Below are positions 25,501 to 40,376 of a DNA stretch of 64,000 bases, one piece after another. Source of the DNA: the human T2T-CHM13v2.0 reference genome, Homo sapiens. The number at the start of each line of letters is the position of its first letter. Position 1 is the stretch's first letter. The stretch is taken from NCBI RefSeq assembly GCF_009914755.1, contig NC_060927.1; one strand, 5' to 3'. The translations under genes were made by a program, and so were the position numbers. Under the pieces are notes generated by a model. That model searched no databases, had not been told where the DNA came from, and worked only from the letters and a program-made list of their open reading frames with translations.

Positions 25501-26539
25501 CATTACAAGTTTTACAGGTGGTGCTGAAGAATGGGAAAGGAGTTCCAAGTGAAAGCAACAGCCTGAATGAAGGCATGGAGATACGCAAGTACAGGAAGTT
25601 CAGATGGGCAGGAAGACTGGGGAAAAGAGAAAAATCAAGCTGGAAATGTGCCGTAGAAAGTCTTGAGAGTCATAGTAAGGTGTCTGTGCCCAATTTTAAA
25701 AACAATAGGGAGTTAAAGAGGTGTCCAAAAATATCATCACATATTAAAAGTATAATACATCATCAAGTATAACTTAAAATCAATTCATTTTCTTTATTTT
25801 ATTCAGGGTCTAGTATGTAGTTATTCTTCATTTAGAAGGCATTTATTTTCAATTAAAGTATATAAGCTTGTATAACCTACTACTGGGAAGTTTTTTTGCA
25901 TTTGTTGAATGCATCTATCTCCACTAGTTTATTGAATTTCCTCTTGCCTGTAACTTCAGGGTTTGGCTAAACTGAAAAATACATATTAGTATAGGCAATC
26001 CCAGGTGGAGGACCAGGGAACTCTCAGAGATAAATAAAAAGAATGCAGCCAACCATGAATCCTTAGACCCGATGGGCAATTTACAACCTCACCACTTCAA
26101 GGCACTCATTTATTCTTCAGTTAAAGTTGTTCTCTCAACCTTAGCGCAGACTTTGGAAAAAGAAATGTGTTTCGTTATAATAATGATTAAAAAGTCCCTT
26201 TGGAGGAAATAACTTGCTGATTAAGATTGATTTTCTCCTCCTTTCCTCTCCTATTTTATGTGTGTCTTCTCTAAAAACAAAAGCAAGAAAATGGTTGAGC
26301 AGAGTCCAGAGTAATGGGCCACGAAATTCCCAATGGAGGTCAACTGAGGTTGACTATAACTTGGCTTTAGTGGCCTCCCTTCACTGTTGGCTTAAATGAG
26401 GAAAGGTTTTGCAGATAGTAAAATGCTACCTGTGACTTTACTATCATTATCTCAATAGCCAGGTGAGATCCATGAAGTGCATTGCAATGGTTGCCATTTT
26501 TACTGATAAGACGCCATGATGACTGGCCTTGGCTTCTCC

Positions 26540-26685
26540 AACAAGATGATCCTGAGTTTTTGTTACTTAACATGCCTGAGCCTCCATAGCCTCATCTGTA
26601 AAATGGGACAATAAAAGTATCGAATACGGGCTTTGGTGAGGATTAGATGAAATAAAAAGGATGAAAAAGCATTTAGTTCAGCGTT
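26540..26685 (+). mobile_element. MIR SINE
   Basis: CTGAGCCTC...CCTCATCTGTAAAATGGG core. Confidence 0.75.
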
Positions 26686-26687
26686 GC

Positions 26688-26797
26688 AGCATGACCAACT
26701 CATCCTAGTTTTCCTGGAGCTTTCCCAGTTTTAGTACCCTGAATCCCACATTTTAGGAACTCTCAATCCCAGGCAAACTAGGATGGTTGGTCAGCCA
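26688..26797. mobile_element. MER81/MER94-like hAT-Blackjack MITE
   Basis: TIRs TGACCAACTCATCCTAGTTT ... AAACTAGGATGGTTGGTCA. Confidence 0.75.
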
Positions 26798-26938
26798 AGA
26801 GTCACAAACTTAGACAACTCTCTCAGAAAGGATTAGCTATTTTTATTTCACAGGAGAAAAGTGAAGATTAAATACTTAGCATCAGATGTGAGGAACACAT
26901 TTTAAAAACCATCTTTTATGGTGAAAGAATTAAACCTG

Positions 26939-27059
26939 TTTTTTGAAATGGGGTCTTGCTATGTTGCCGAGGCTGGTCTCAAATTCCTGGCCTCAGGCCA
27001 TCCTCCTGCTTTAGCCTCCCAAGTAGCTGGGATTAACCGGCACACATCACTGTGCTGGC
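26939..27059 (-). mobile_element. FLAM/Alu monomer
   Basis: Reverse Alu monomer; TSD AGAATTAA(A/G)CCT. Confidence 0.8.
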
Positions 27060-28656
27060 TGCAGAATTAAGCCTTTAAGAATCACATGTAAGCCTTCAAT
27101 ATCCAAATCCTGTACTTTTTCCATGTGTTCTTATTCATTCTTTCATCCAATTCTTTGCTCGTTCACTCATCTCTTCCCTCATAGAACTTACAATTTAGAA
27201 GAGAACACATTAAGTAAATAGTTATCTTACAAATGATTCAGTTTGCCATTATACTAAATAGATTTGATGGTAGTGGCAGGCAATCAGTCATGAGTCAATT
27301 TTTTAGGGATTTCCCTAAATCTGTTCATTCTCAAATGTTTCCACTTGTGATCATGTTTTCTTACAAAGTGGACACCTTGGGCTTTATAGTACAGCTGTTA
27401 GCCAAGGGAGCAGAGAAAGCCAATTGGCCTGAAATGACCACATTTGGTCTGGTGATCGGGGTTCCTTTTTTTATGTTTTAACACGATGAGCAGAAGACCG
27501 AAGCAATACAGGGTCTGTCCTATTCCCTGTCTCACAACTGATTCATAGTAGGCTCTTGACCCAAGGAGAGGCCATTCATGATCCATGCAGGTGAACCAGG
27601 TCTGCCGTTCCCTGCCCAGAGTAACAAAATGTGGAAAGACCCAAAAGTCTTACATTCTAACCCTTTCTATCACCAACCGCAAGAAAGGAAAAATGGGCTT
27701 TCCAAATGTGTTTCCATTACAGGATCGAGTCATCTATTATTTTCATTTCAGCAATGCCAGGAAATTCAGAATCAGCCACCTCGTCCAAAATATAATAATC
27801 TTTCAGTATTATATTTATGATAACATATAGGGAAAGAGGATATTTCACCCGGGAACCAAGGCAGTCTCAAGGAGACTGACTTTCTTCAGCAGCACCATGT
27901 TATTATAATAAGTTTGAGAGAGCTCTATACTGGGTTAAATGCAACTTTTCACCCCCACTGGCATCGCAAACTAAACTGAACGGAGAAGGCAGCCTCTAGC
28001 AAAACAGGATTAGATTTCACAAAAAGATATGGAAAGGGATACAAATCGCTCACCGTGCCTCCTGCAAAAATAGAAGAGCCTTTGCTGCACTGTTTCTATT
28101 CAAAAGCGACTGCTTTCTTACATAAGAAGTTTAGGTGGCTGCTTGTTTAAGAAAATCTTTATGAAGTTAGGTATTTTATTTTACTTTGTTTTCTATTTAG
28201 GATGCATTTCATGGAGGATTTTTGGGTGTTTAGATTTGGTAGGAAATGCTGTGATTAGGTCCCAGGAAGAAAACAGTGGTTACTTTTGGTCTGGGGCCCC
28301 ACTGGGTCAGGCAATTAGGAGATTGTCAAGGTGGCAGCAAGTACCAGGGGCCTGTTTAAAAGAATGGCCTCGAGTATGTCACCAGCACCATTTTTATTAG
28401 AATTTTCTTTCAATTTCTTCGTTTTTCTTTCTTTTTTTGAGATTGCAACAAGTCTGTGGCTATTTCTTAAAATAATTTAGTGCAAAAGTTGTGCCCCTTG
28501 CTACTCTGAGATCTTGCCCAAGATTTGAAAATGTGCCCAATGCAGATGTGATCTGATACTTCAAATGAAGAAAGTAACTTCAAAAAAACATTTTTTCATG
28601 GTGGTGTAGGCTGGGGGGAGTGGTAGAGAAAAGCCACATCTGTTTTTCTCCTCTCT

Positions 28657-28658
28657 TT

Positions 28659-28712
<54 letters not shown>
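28657..28712. repeat. (TTTC)14 tetranucleotide STR
   Basis: Perfect run. Confidence 0.95.
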
Positions 28713-28714
<2 letters not shown>

Positions 28715-28796
28715 TTTTTTAGGAAGATTCCTCGTTAAACATCCTAGCAGGAAAGAAAAAAGGAGATATCGTGTCATTGTAATATTGCAGAAGTAG

Positions 28797-29180
28797 TATG
28801 GGCTGAATTGCGTTCCTTTAAAATTTGTCCTAACCCCTAGAACCTCAGAATGTAATTGTATTTGGACGTAGGACCATTGAAGAACTTATTAAGCTAAACT
28901 GAGGTCAAATGGGTGGGCCTTCATCCAATATGACCAGTGTTCTTATAAGAAGAGGAAATTTAGACACAGACATGTGCACACACAGAGGAAAGACCATATG
29001 AGGACACAACAAGAAGGTAGCCATCTGTAAGCCAAAGAGAGAGGACCCAGAAGAAACCAAACCTGCCGACACCTTAATCTTGGACTTCTAGCCTCCAGAT
29101 CTGTGAGAAAATACATTCCTGTTGTTTAAGCCACCCAGTCTTTAATACTTTATTATGGAAGCTCTTGCGATCTAATATAC
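28797..29180 (+). mobile_element. MLT1A/MLT1B MaLR LTR
   Basis: TATGGGCTGAATTG...CTTGGACTTCTAGCCTCCAGATCTGTGAGAAAATA...GTTTAAGCCACCCAGTC. Confidence 0.85.
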
Positions 29181-30521
29181 TAAGTCAGATCACTATTTTC
29201 ACCAAAGGATGTTGCCAATGGGCCATGGTCACTCTTTGAGGAGAGAACAGCAGCTTGCCTTCCATAGCTCTTTGTTGTACTTTCTTAGCTATCATCTAAA
29301 AGTGCATAGAGAACTCAGGGAATTCAGGTTTCAGTAGAGTTATTTTTTGGTGGGAAGGGAAGCAAGAATGTTTGTTGGTCATATTTATTAATTTGAATGC
29401 ATTTTAATATGCTCAATAAAATTCTCAATCATGCATAGACTATAGGATAATTTAAAAATGAATATTAATATATTTTTAAAAGGTTTTGACTTCTTTGTTC
29501 TATGTCCTAATTGTTTTTTTGTTTGTTTGTTTTTAACTTAAAAAGACAGGGTTTTGTTTGTTTGTTTTTTGATTTTTCCCTGAACTATGTAAGTTGCCTA
29601 AAATTTCCAGGCTCAACCCCAGAGTGATTAAGACTAATACAGCCACAGATGGAATAAAATTCAGTTTTTTTTTTAAGTAACAATGTCATATCAAAAGCAT
29701 TTTTATGCCTTCTAATCAACGATGAATGTTTTAAAACATTTTAGTGTTAACTGAAGAAGTAATTTAAAATCATTATATGCGTATTATTGCAATTATGCAT
29801 AACTGTATGTAGAGTATATATATTATAATTGTACAGCTAGGTTTAAAAAAAGCCTAATCCTAGAAAAATTAATGTAAGAAAATATACTGAGCAGTGATTA
29901 CTTTTGGGGAATGGGATTATAACTGTCCTCTTCCCATCAGCTCGTTTTCATCTTTGCTTTCATTTCTTTAATAAGCATGTATTACTTTTATAATTAAAGA
30001 AAATTATCCACCGCCAGTATGAAAATATCTGTGAGTTCTTTATACATTACTAAATAAATGAGCTGACCACCAGGTATAAACACCTGGCCTAAAGCTGAGT
30101 CCAGAGTATGAACTCAGTCAAGGCGAATTCTTTCTTTATGCATAGTTCAGACTGGTTTCCAACCATACAGCAGGATATAGGGGTCCCAGGGTTAGCTAAT
30201 GATTGTACTACCAGAGACTCAAAACCGGGAGTCAACACAATTTTAAAATTTGGGTTAGGAGGTAGAGGAGAGGTTATGTAGGTTTTAAAATTAGTAGAAT
30301 TCAATCTTTTTAGTAAATTTATATTTTGTATTCCTCAATGGTAGACTGGCATATTTATTAGGAATTTATCAATTATATATTTTCGTGGAATTGCAAATGC
30401 CATGAATGCACCCCTTCCCCCAGAAAGATACTCTCCTCTGGAAAGATGGGTAGACAGGTAAATAATATATTGCAAGTTAGAATAGTATACAACCTTGAAG
30501 TTTCAATCAAAAAATATTCTA

Positions 30522-30838
<317 letters not shown>

Positions 30839-31359
30839 TATAAAGGCATTGTAGAGTCTTGGTGTAAAATACATTTGGAACCACTGAGATAAGTAAGAGA
30901 GTTGTTTGTTGAATCGGGCTGCCCTTGTAAGTTGACACAAGACACTGGAAGAGTATCTAGGTGCTATGGAATTGTTCAGGACATGTGGCTAATTTTGGTA
31001 GTGAGATTGAAACTAGGGCCAGTTTCAATGTTTTTTATCTTGCAACCCTGTTTCCTTATCCTCCTCCTTCCCTAGTGGGGAAAAATCCTTAAGTCACTTT
31101 TAGAACAGCTAAGGAAGTTGTGTAATGATGGGCAGGAAAGGCTGTTAACTCTAAGGAAGGCGTTTTCAATATAATCTAACCAACTGTAGAATTTAGAAAT
31201 TCTAGATTTTTTTTTTTCTGAAATACTGGCAGGCCTAGAGCCCAGCAAAACATAAAATATATGGCACTATGCAATTTGAAGTCTTGTTTGTCATTCCTGC
31301 AGATGGATGAGTAGCTTCAGTGATGATGAGGAAGGACTCATGCTTGTCAGGGTTGTTTC

Positions 31360-31692
<333 letters not shown>

Positions 31693-32998
31693 TGTCAGCA
31701 TTGTTACCTGACATAATTCTATCAGGTTCTCTGTGGAGTGGAAAAGTGAGTAATAAGAAAAATCTCTGATAGTTTTGCCCTGACACATGGGAGGATCACA
31801 AATCTTTGTATTCCTAAATTCTAAGCTGGATTCTTAACTGAACAAAGTACTTTATTTTCTACTTTAGTGTGAGTTGACCTGAAACTTTCGGCCCCAGCCA
31901 AGTTACAAATATACCCTACTAGGACTTGGCCTTGTTCACAAATTCCTAACTGGAGTCGCATTTGACTAAGGTCTAGCTGAACCTTACAACCGCAGAAGGA
32001 CTCACTGTAACAATATGAGCTTTCATAGCCCTGCTATTTAAGATTCTTTCTCTCAGACTAAATAAGCAAAACTGCTCCCAGACATCCATCATGAGTATCA
32101 CAGACCGACTTGCATATCATATAACTTCGAACTGGGTCGTTCGATTCCTTCAGGCTTCCTGAATTTAGTTAGCGGCATCTGCTAATGCTAGAAATGTGTT
32201 TTGAAGATATTGTATCATTTGGCCAAGAAAATGGAGGGCCAGATGGCTTTGAAAGAATATTAAATGGCAGAAGGCTGTCTTGGAATGCTTCATTGTTTCT
32301 GGAGTTCATGCTTATATTTCTTAGTGTCCTCTTTGGGGCAAAATTTTGCTATTTTTATCCAAACCAAAAACGATAAAGAACATGCACAATTTCAGGATAG
32401 TTTTTAAAATAAAAACAATGAAAGCTTTTCACACAATGGTAAATTTGATTTTAAATATTTTGATGGCATGGTGGTTAGGATGTTTTTTCTTACTGACATA
32501 TTCTGTTTTATTAGGGAAGGCATAATATTTACTACTAGCTTTCAGCAATGTATTCCTATGTGGAAGGAAAATTTTTGAAAACTGAAATGATAGCCTTTGC
32601 TCCATAACTTGGAAACTTAAGTGTGCAATGAGAGGATTCAAAGAATGAATGCTGATATTTAACATCCCTAAAATTAATATTATAATGTACAAAAATTCTT
32701 AGAATGATGCCTGGCTCATTGTAACTGTTCAACAAATTTAATTGCTATTATTAGTGAGCTCTGGACTCAGAAAGTCAGTTTCTTATTTGATGTCTCAACT
32801 TGGCTGTCTCACAGGTATTTCAAACTTTTCACATTCAAAGTTGAGGTATTTAGTCTCTGTTCCAAATCTGGCTCCTCCCAAAGCCCTCTTTAGTAAATGA
32901 TATCCCACATTATTCAAGCCAGAAACCTGGAGCGCCATACCTAACACGTTTCTCTCTCTCAAGACTATATTCATCTATCACTAAGTCCTCTTCATTTC

Positions 32999-33178
<180 letters not shown>

Positions 33179-33209
33179 TGATCTCTATCCCTATTGCCAA
33201 ACCTCTAGC

Positions 33210-33407
33210 CCAGGGCTGTCAACCTCTGTACTACTGAGATTTTGAAGCCAGACAGTTCTTTGCTGTGAGAGGCTGTCCTGGACATTGTAGGATTGTTACC
33301 AGAATTCCGTTCTCTCCCCACTGGATGCCAATAGAATTCCTCCCCGCCAAAAATATTTGCCAAGTGTCCTATGAGGGCAAAATCTCTCCCAGTTGGAAAC
33401 CTCTGAT
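33210..33407. mobile_element. MER20 hAT DNA transposon
   Basis: TTCTTTGCTGTGAGAGGCTGTCCTGGACATTGTAGGAT...CCAGTTGGAAACCTCTG. Confidence 0.75.
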
Positions 33408-34093
33408 CCAGTACAAATTACTATCATATTCTCCTTCAACTCCTACAGAGCTTTCTTACTGGTCTCTCCCCAGTAAGAATAAGACCCATCGTTATACTCC
33501 TTAAAGCCTTTCTCCACAGAGTAAGAGTAGCAGTGAGGTCTTTATAACATGTAAATTTCATCAGTTCATCTCTCAGTCTAAACACTTTACCTGCCTCCCT
33601 TTGTAGATAGGAAAAATACTTTCCACTGCGTTCATCTTCATGGAGTCCCGGTCCTTTCTCCAGTCTGGTTTTGTGCACCTGCCTCGCTGTGCTCCAGCCA
33701 TGGTGGAATTCTTCCAACCTATACCAAACATCTGTGCATTTCAGCACCTTCCCACGTGCTGCTCACTGCCCAGAGTTCTCTGCAGTCTGACTCAGCACTC
33801 ATCCACCTAGGAACCTCCTATTACTTTTTATCAAAAGACTCTGGTTGTTTCCAAAAATGCCCTCATCACAATTTTCAGTTGCACATTTTAAACCTTTGTT
33901 TTGTTGTTTGTTTCACATGAGACTATAAGTTCCTTAAAGGCAGGAGCAAATCTCTTTTATCCCTTATTCAATATCAGCACGCATCAAGTGTCTTGCACAT
34001 AACAGAGAATCAATGCATATTTGTAGAATGAATGAGTGATGAATGAATGAAACATAAAAGTAGTTTTGGTTGGTAATTGCTTTCCCCATTTCT

Positions 34094-34110
34094 TGCACTA
34101 GGGGGTGCCA
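34094..34110 (+). promoter_or_regulatory. Candidate CTCF site
   Basis: TGCACTAGGGGGTGCCA is close to the CTCF core CCACTAGGGGGCGC. Confidence 0.4.
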
Positions 34111-35682
34111 AATGAAATAAATAATACTTTTTTTATTTTTATTTTTATTTTTTTAACAGTATTTGGGAGGCTTGGATGTTCCTTTCCCATGATACCATTT
34201 AAACTTGGTAGCTCAGCAAACAGTTCTTCTCATTCCATAGTAGTTATCAAGTTCAAATAGTTGTGCTAATTAAATGATATATGCCTGCAAAGTGCTTAGT
34301 ACAACAGCGTCAGGCAGTTAACAATACTAAATGCTAATTCTTATTTTAATCTATTAAATTATGATTGAAAAATTCAGTTTACAGCAGCCTTCTCATCCAA
34401 ATGGTTAGAGGAAGTAGTTTAAAGCTGAGAAGTGCTACTAACTTACATTTCCCTGTATGACTCCATTTGCATTGCCCAGGGTTTTCATTATTTTCATTGA
34501 AACATATAACTTCTGACCCTTATCAAAATGTGATCATGTACAAAATAAAATAACTAAGATTTGAAGAATAAAGTGTTTAATGAAAATATTAGATTGACTT
34601 TAAGTTAATCCTTGATGTTCTAATTCCTAAATAAAAATGTCATATAATGAGATACTTATCTGAAAATTGTCCCGACTCCATTTAAATTTATTAGGGTTTC
34701 TCAAAAGCCCTATTACTGTGAAGATATTATGACACATTTCACTAATTTGGAATAGCTACAGGTTCAGTGTATCCTTTTGCCAAGATAGAAGCCAAGTCTC
34801 GAGCAGTGGTGTCAAAAGCTAACATGTTGCTTTGATTCTTTTCAGCATATTTCAAGCTGCAAGCTATTTACAGCCTTCACTTCATCCAGCATGCTGAAAT
34901 TCTACCATCTAAGGAATTAAAACCTCCTAGATGAAGTCGTATATGAAAAAATAAAGGGTGTCTTGAAGAAAACCATTTCTTACATACGGAGTAAGGGATT
35001 ATTTTTCACACTGCAAAGAAGTTACAGTTACAGAATGGAGTAGTTGTTTACCATTTGCTGCTCTCCCTTTAGATATTCAAATTGCCCCGACTTCTTTATT
35101 TTTCTGTGACATTTATATTTTTGTGCCCATTAGATCATCACAATGAAATGCAGTGTTTATTCTTAAGTCCCAAGAAGGTGTGTTACCACCTTCCCAAGCC
35201 TTTGCCCAAGGAGCCATTATAATTGGAAGAAAAATATTCCAAAAGAAAGTTTACTGAGGACAAAAAAAGGACTCAAATAATAAAAATATTTTTGGCAGTC
35301 ACTTCTATGGTGGAACCAAAGAAAATAACCCAGGAACTAGTTTGGGATTTCATTCATCCTTCATGTCAGACTAGTTAGCTCAGTTGGGTATGAGATGATA
35401 CAAGGAAGGCACCATATTATCCAAGTTGTAGCCCTCTTTGGGCCTGTTAGCTTTGTGGAAGCAAATAACCATCTTACAAGCAAAAGCTCTTGTTCAAAGG
35501 GCTGCCTGGCCTAGGGACTCTAGAGAAATAATTTCAAGTTGTCTGTAGCAGTCAAAACATACTATTCAAGAGTTTTGTCCTGTAATGATAGGGTTCTATT
35601 ATTTTTCAAGGCAATATATGTCTGTATATCTTTGTCTCTCTATGCATATATATTAAACCAGACTTCAGGATAGCATCACACA

Positions 35683-35755
35683 TTAGGTTGGTGCAAAAGT
35701 AATTGTGGTTCTTTCCATTAAGTGTAAAACTGCAATTACTTTTGCACCAACCTAA
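35683..35755. mobile_element. MADE1 (Hsmar1-derived MITE), miR-548-type hairpin
   Basis: TTAGGTTGGTGCAAAAGTAATTG...CAATTACTTTTGCACCAACCTAA; TA on the right, CA (mutated TA) on the left. Confidence 0.95.
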
Positions 35756-35884
35756 TAGTTTGAGGTAGGGGTTGGGTGGGAGAGAAGGAGAATCAACTTA
35801 TTAATATGCTCATCAACATGTCATCTTGGTTGTCTTCTCCATCATAATTATCATCACTATCATCATCGACATCATCATCAACAT

Positions 35885-36110
35885 CATCACTGCTCTAATG
35901 TTCTTATTATGAGCCAGGCACTAGATGACATTATTTAATGTAATCTTCCTAATTATTTATTTGGGTAGGCTTAATTATCCTCATCTTATAGTTAACAAAA
36001 CCATGGATCTGAGAGACTGTCCAACTCATGCAAGAACACCCAGTTAGTAAATGTCAGAGTGAGGATTCAAAGCCAGGTCTCTCTGATGTCCAAGTTCATG
36101 ATCTGAACAC
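35885..36110 (-). mobile_element. MIR SINE
   Basis: GAGCCAGGCACT...GGATTCAAAGCCAGGTCT. Confidence 0.65.
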
Positions 36111-36390
36111 CTACATGCGTATGCCAACCTCAGAGTGATGGGCCTGCCAGCTTCTGTTCTATGCGATCTGTGTGTCCAAAGATTGAGTTATCTTCTTTCT
36201 AAAAACACTTTATTGCGGGAAAGTATAAAACTCTTTTGAGGGGAAACTTACAGTGACCCAATTTCTCATGACCTAGATTCTCCCAGTTAGCTTATAACTG
36301 ATACCCTTAAAAATACATTATGAAACATATTTCTCAGTTCCCCTAAAGAGTGCACAGTGCTCAGTCTATGCCTAGGTACAAATGAAATGA

Positions 36391-36842
<452 letters not shown>

Positions 36843-38059
36843 AGAATTATTTTTCTAAGAGTATGTCCCTTATTTTTGCATGTAAGGAAGGGAGGTGAAG
36901 ATTCAGTGGCTCTATTTCAGGGACACTGTGAAGGTGTGCTTAATAATAACAGTAGCTAACATTATTGAGCATTTATCCATGCTCTTAGGAGAATATCAGT
37001 CAATGATTTAAATGTTTTATGAACACATGTATAGGAGATAATTTTTAGTTTACCTATTGTTTTTTATTTATGTGGGGATTCTAAGGGCAGCAATGATATT
37101 TGATCCTCATAGCTCCTATAGTCCTTTGTACATAATAACTACTTATCAGATGATACTGACTTATTACTATAGCAGCAGACTTACTATAGTTTCTAGTTTA
37201 CGCTCTCCACAGGTAATGTCTTCTTTGATTCTTGCTATATGCATAGTACCCAGCACAGTGCCAAGAATATAGTAGGGACTCATTATTAATAGTTAATTAA
37301 CATTGAGTTTGGACTAAAACTTGCTTTGTAACCATTCGCTGTATCCTGAACTATGCTAGACGCCTACCGTATACTCAAATATATTTCATATATTCCAATG
37401 GAAATAAAATAAATTTCCATTGGAAATTTCTAGAGTGGTCTTTGGCTGAAAGAGTAAAGATTTGACCTGATTTGACTATTTGCTGTTTCGCTCCCTGGTA
37501 ATGGATTTGCACTGACCCATCCACCCAGTTCCACTCTGTTATTTGAAATGGGGCTGCCCATGGAGTGGGGCCAATCATAGCAATAACATCTTAGATCTTG
37601 AGTAAAGGGAACTGCCCCCTACATGGATCAAAACCATCACCTTCACTTCTTTAGTTATTGCTATAGTAATGGAAAAAAAAAAACAGTCTTACAATAATAG
37701 AAGGATAAGTTCAGGAGCAAGTGAATACCATCTGGTCAGAAACTTTATATGAAAATGCTGGATGCACCCCAAACCCGCCTCCTTGCACCCCATTAAATTA
37801 AGTTGTATTTCCTAAAATGAGGTCTGAGCTTCCAGGTAGCATGTAGGGCCACTTTGTGGGGAAAGGTATTGTTTATTTCGCAGAAGCTAGCCTCAAAATA
37901 TTCATGGCTTGGGCTAAAACAAAAACAAAGACAAAAAATTACCCTTTTAAATGAGACTTAAATGAAAAGAAATTTCAGTATAGAATGACTTTAATAGCAA
38001 AGCAGCCAGTAAAAGGAGGTGGAAAAATTAGCCTGTTACATTCAGGAATGTTGTTTTGC

Positions 38060-38240
38060 AGGCTTGTATAGTGGAGAGTCTAAGAACTTGCTATTGGAAG
38101 ACCTAAGTGTAAGTGGCAGTTTGGATCCTCCCTGTGTTGACCTTGAACGAGTGATAACCTTCCGGAGGCTCGGTTTCCCCATCTGTAAATCAGGGATAGA
38201 TCTCTTGACCCAGCACAGTGGTGTCAGAAAGGTCACTGAA
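38060..38240 (+). mobile_element. MIR SINE
   Basis: GCTCGGTTTCCCCATCTGTAAATCAGGGATA. Confidence 0.7.
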
Positions 38241-38934
38241 CAAGTCTCATGTTTGTAAAGAGTCTCAAATATAGATGTTTCACATAATCAGCAAATGAAG
38301 TTTCATTTAATGTTCCTTAGAAAAATTAAGATGGAAAGAAGTTAATTATATTGCTTTAGATTTTTGTTCCATTGCTAGATCACACTATTACTTTTAGGTA
38401 TATTAAAAATTAATATATATGTTTTGTAAATTCTGCAATTGTCTTGCTTTAGCACAAGTATGGTGCATTGCATTTTCCTTCTGTTGAAAGTATTAATCTG
38501 CTTAATGTAATATTTAAGTATGTAGCTTATTTTTTTTGGACTGGGGCAGCTCTAGAATGTCTTTAGCTGATTTGGAAGAAGTGCAATGGGAAGCCTGGGC
38601 TGGGGTCTCCCCTTCAGGCAGCATTTATGTAGAAGCTTGCTGTTTTTACTTGTATCATAATTTACTTGGAAGGGCTTTGGGCACACTGGTAGAGGTCATA
38701 AGAGTTAAAGCTATTGACTTCCACCCTGGCTGCTGGTATGTGTCTCATCCATATTGGGCATTTCTTCATTAAAAAATACTAGAGACCTCAAAAAAAGAAA
38801 AGGACCTGGGCCCTTTTTGACTTCTGAGGTGCTCTGTGAAATTCCTATGGTGATTGAATGTGACCAGAATGAGGTTCTTTTTGGAAACTCTGTAACTTAA
38901 AAAGCACATTATAAATGAAAGAGATAATAATTAG

Positions 38935-39400
38935 CAACCCAAGTGTCCATCGGCAGATGAATAGATAAACAATCTGTGGAAGATACATAAAATGGAATAT
39001 TATTTGGGCTTGAAAAGGAAGAAAATTCTGACACGTGCTAGCTACAACATGGATGAGGCTGGAGGACATTATGCTAAGTGAAATTAGCCAGTCACAAACA
39101 GATAAAAATTGTATGATTCCACTTACATGAGATATCTAGAGAAGTCAAATTTATAGAGACATAAAGTAGGATGGTGGTTGCCAGGGGCTGAGAAGCGAGG
39201 AATGGGGGAGTTATCCTTTAATGGGGTTTAAAGTTTCAGTTTTGCAAGATGAAAAAGTTCTGGAGAAGGATGATGCTGATGGTTGCACAACAATGTGAAC
39301 ATACTTAATGTTACTAAACTGTACTCTTTAAAACTGTTAAGATGGTAAATTCTATGGTATATATATTTTACCACAAACAAAAATTTAAAAAATTTTAAAA
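38935..39400 (+). mobile_element. L1MB 3' end
   Basis: CAACCCAAGTGTCCATCGGCAGATGAATAGATAAAC...GATGAAAAAGTTCTGGAGA. Confidence 0.88.
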
Positions 39401-39554
39401 GGAGGTAATTATTATTACTTATTTTAATCAATTAATTGCCCAGTATAGGCCAGTCAATGGAAATAATTTAGAAATATGGTTCCAGTTTGGAAATTTAGAT
39501 GAAAAAAATGGAGCAATGAGATTTCCTTCCCTTCCTCCCTCCCTTCTTCCCTTC

Positions 39555-40040
39555 TACAATTATTTATTGAGCTTCCACTTGTTTACTGGCACTCTTTGAA
39601 GATCTGGGGAATTGGTTCAAGAACAAAGTTCTGGCACTCACAGATTTTACATTCTAGTGGGAGTGGACAATAAACAGGAAAATAAATAAGGTCAGGTAGA
39701 GATAAATGCTGTGAAGAAAAACAGACATGAAAGGTCAGATAGACAGTTAAGGGGTAGCAGATGCTTCTTAGGGACCAAGGGAAGGCTTCTTGCAGAAAGG
39801 CCATTTGAGCAGAAACTTGAAAGAAGTGAGGGAGTAAGCCTACAAATACTTGAGGGAACAGCTGTTTCTAAGCAGTGAAGACAGCAAGTGCAAAGGCCCT
39901 GAGTTTGGAGTGTGCTTGGCATGTCCAGGAGACATTTAGATCTCCCTCGTGGCAGAGGATGAGTGAGTGAGGGAAAGGATGGTAACAGCAAAGGTTGGAG
40001 ATACAGCTAGGAGCCAGATTCGTTAGGGCCCTGAGGGCCA
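39555..40040 (-). mobile_element. L2 LINE
   Basis: ACAGCAAGTGCAAAGGCCCTGAG...GTGTGCTTGGCATGTCCAGG. Confidence 0.75.
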
Positions 40041-40376
40041 TGTTACAATGGAGGAACTGAGGCCTAGAGAAAATACGTGACCAAGCCTAATCTAAACACA
40101 CTGCTCTTCCACTCTGGAAGCTGCTTAAGAGCATTAACAGCCTTTCTGGTTTACTTCCACCTGGAATTTCTGTTGACTATATAGATCCATGTTACAAACC
40201 TGGCCCAATCCTTTTCTGGTTCATCTTGCTGAAACCAAAAGTTCAACATGTTAATTATACTGTATGTTAAAGATGTTTCATTCTCTCTTTTTCTAAGCTG
40301 TGACTGTATAGATAGATATGTTTTGGAGGAAGTGCAGAAAGAGGTGGTGAGCTGAAGCTGAAGGACGTTCTTTTGT

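Noticed and set aside
25206-25772. 188-aa ORF
   Set aside because: TTG start, overlaps old LTR/L2-like remnants, no recognisable homology.
32139-32148. tRNA T-loop / Pol III B-box-like GTTCGATTCC
   Set aside because: No A-box, cloverleaf or acceptor stem around it.
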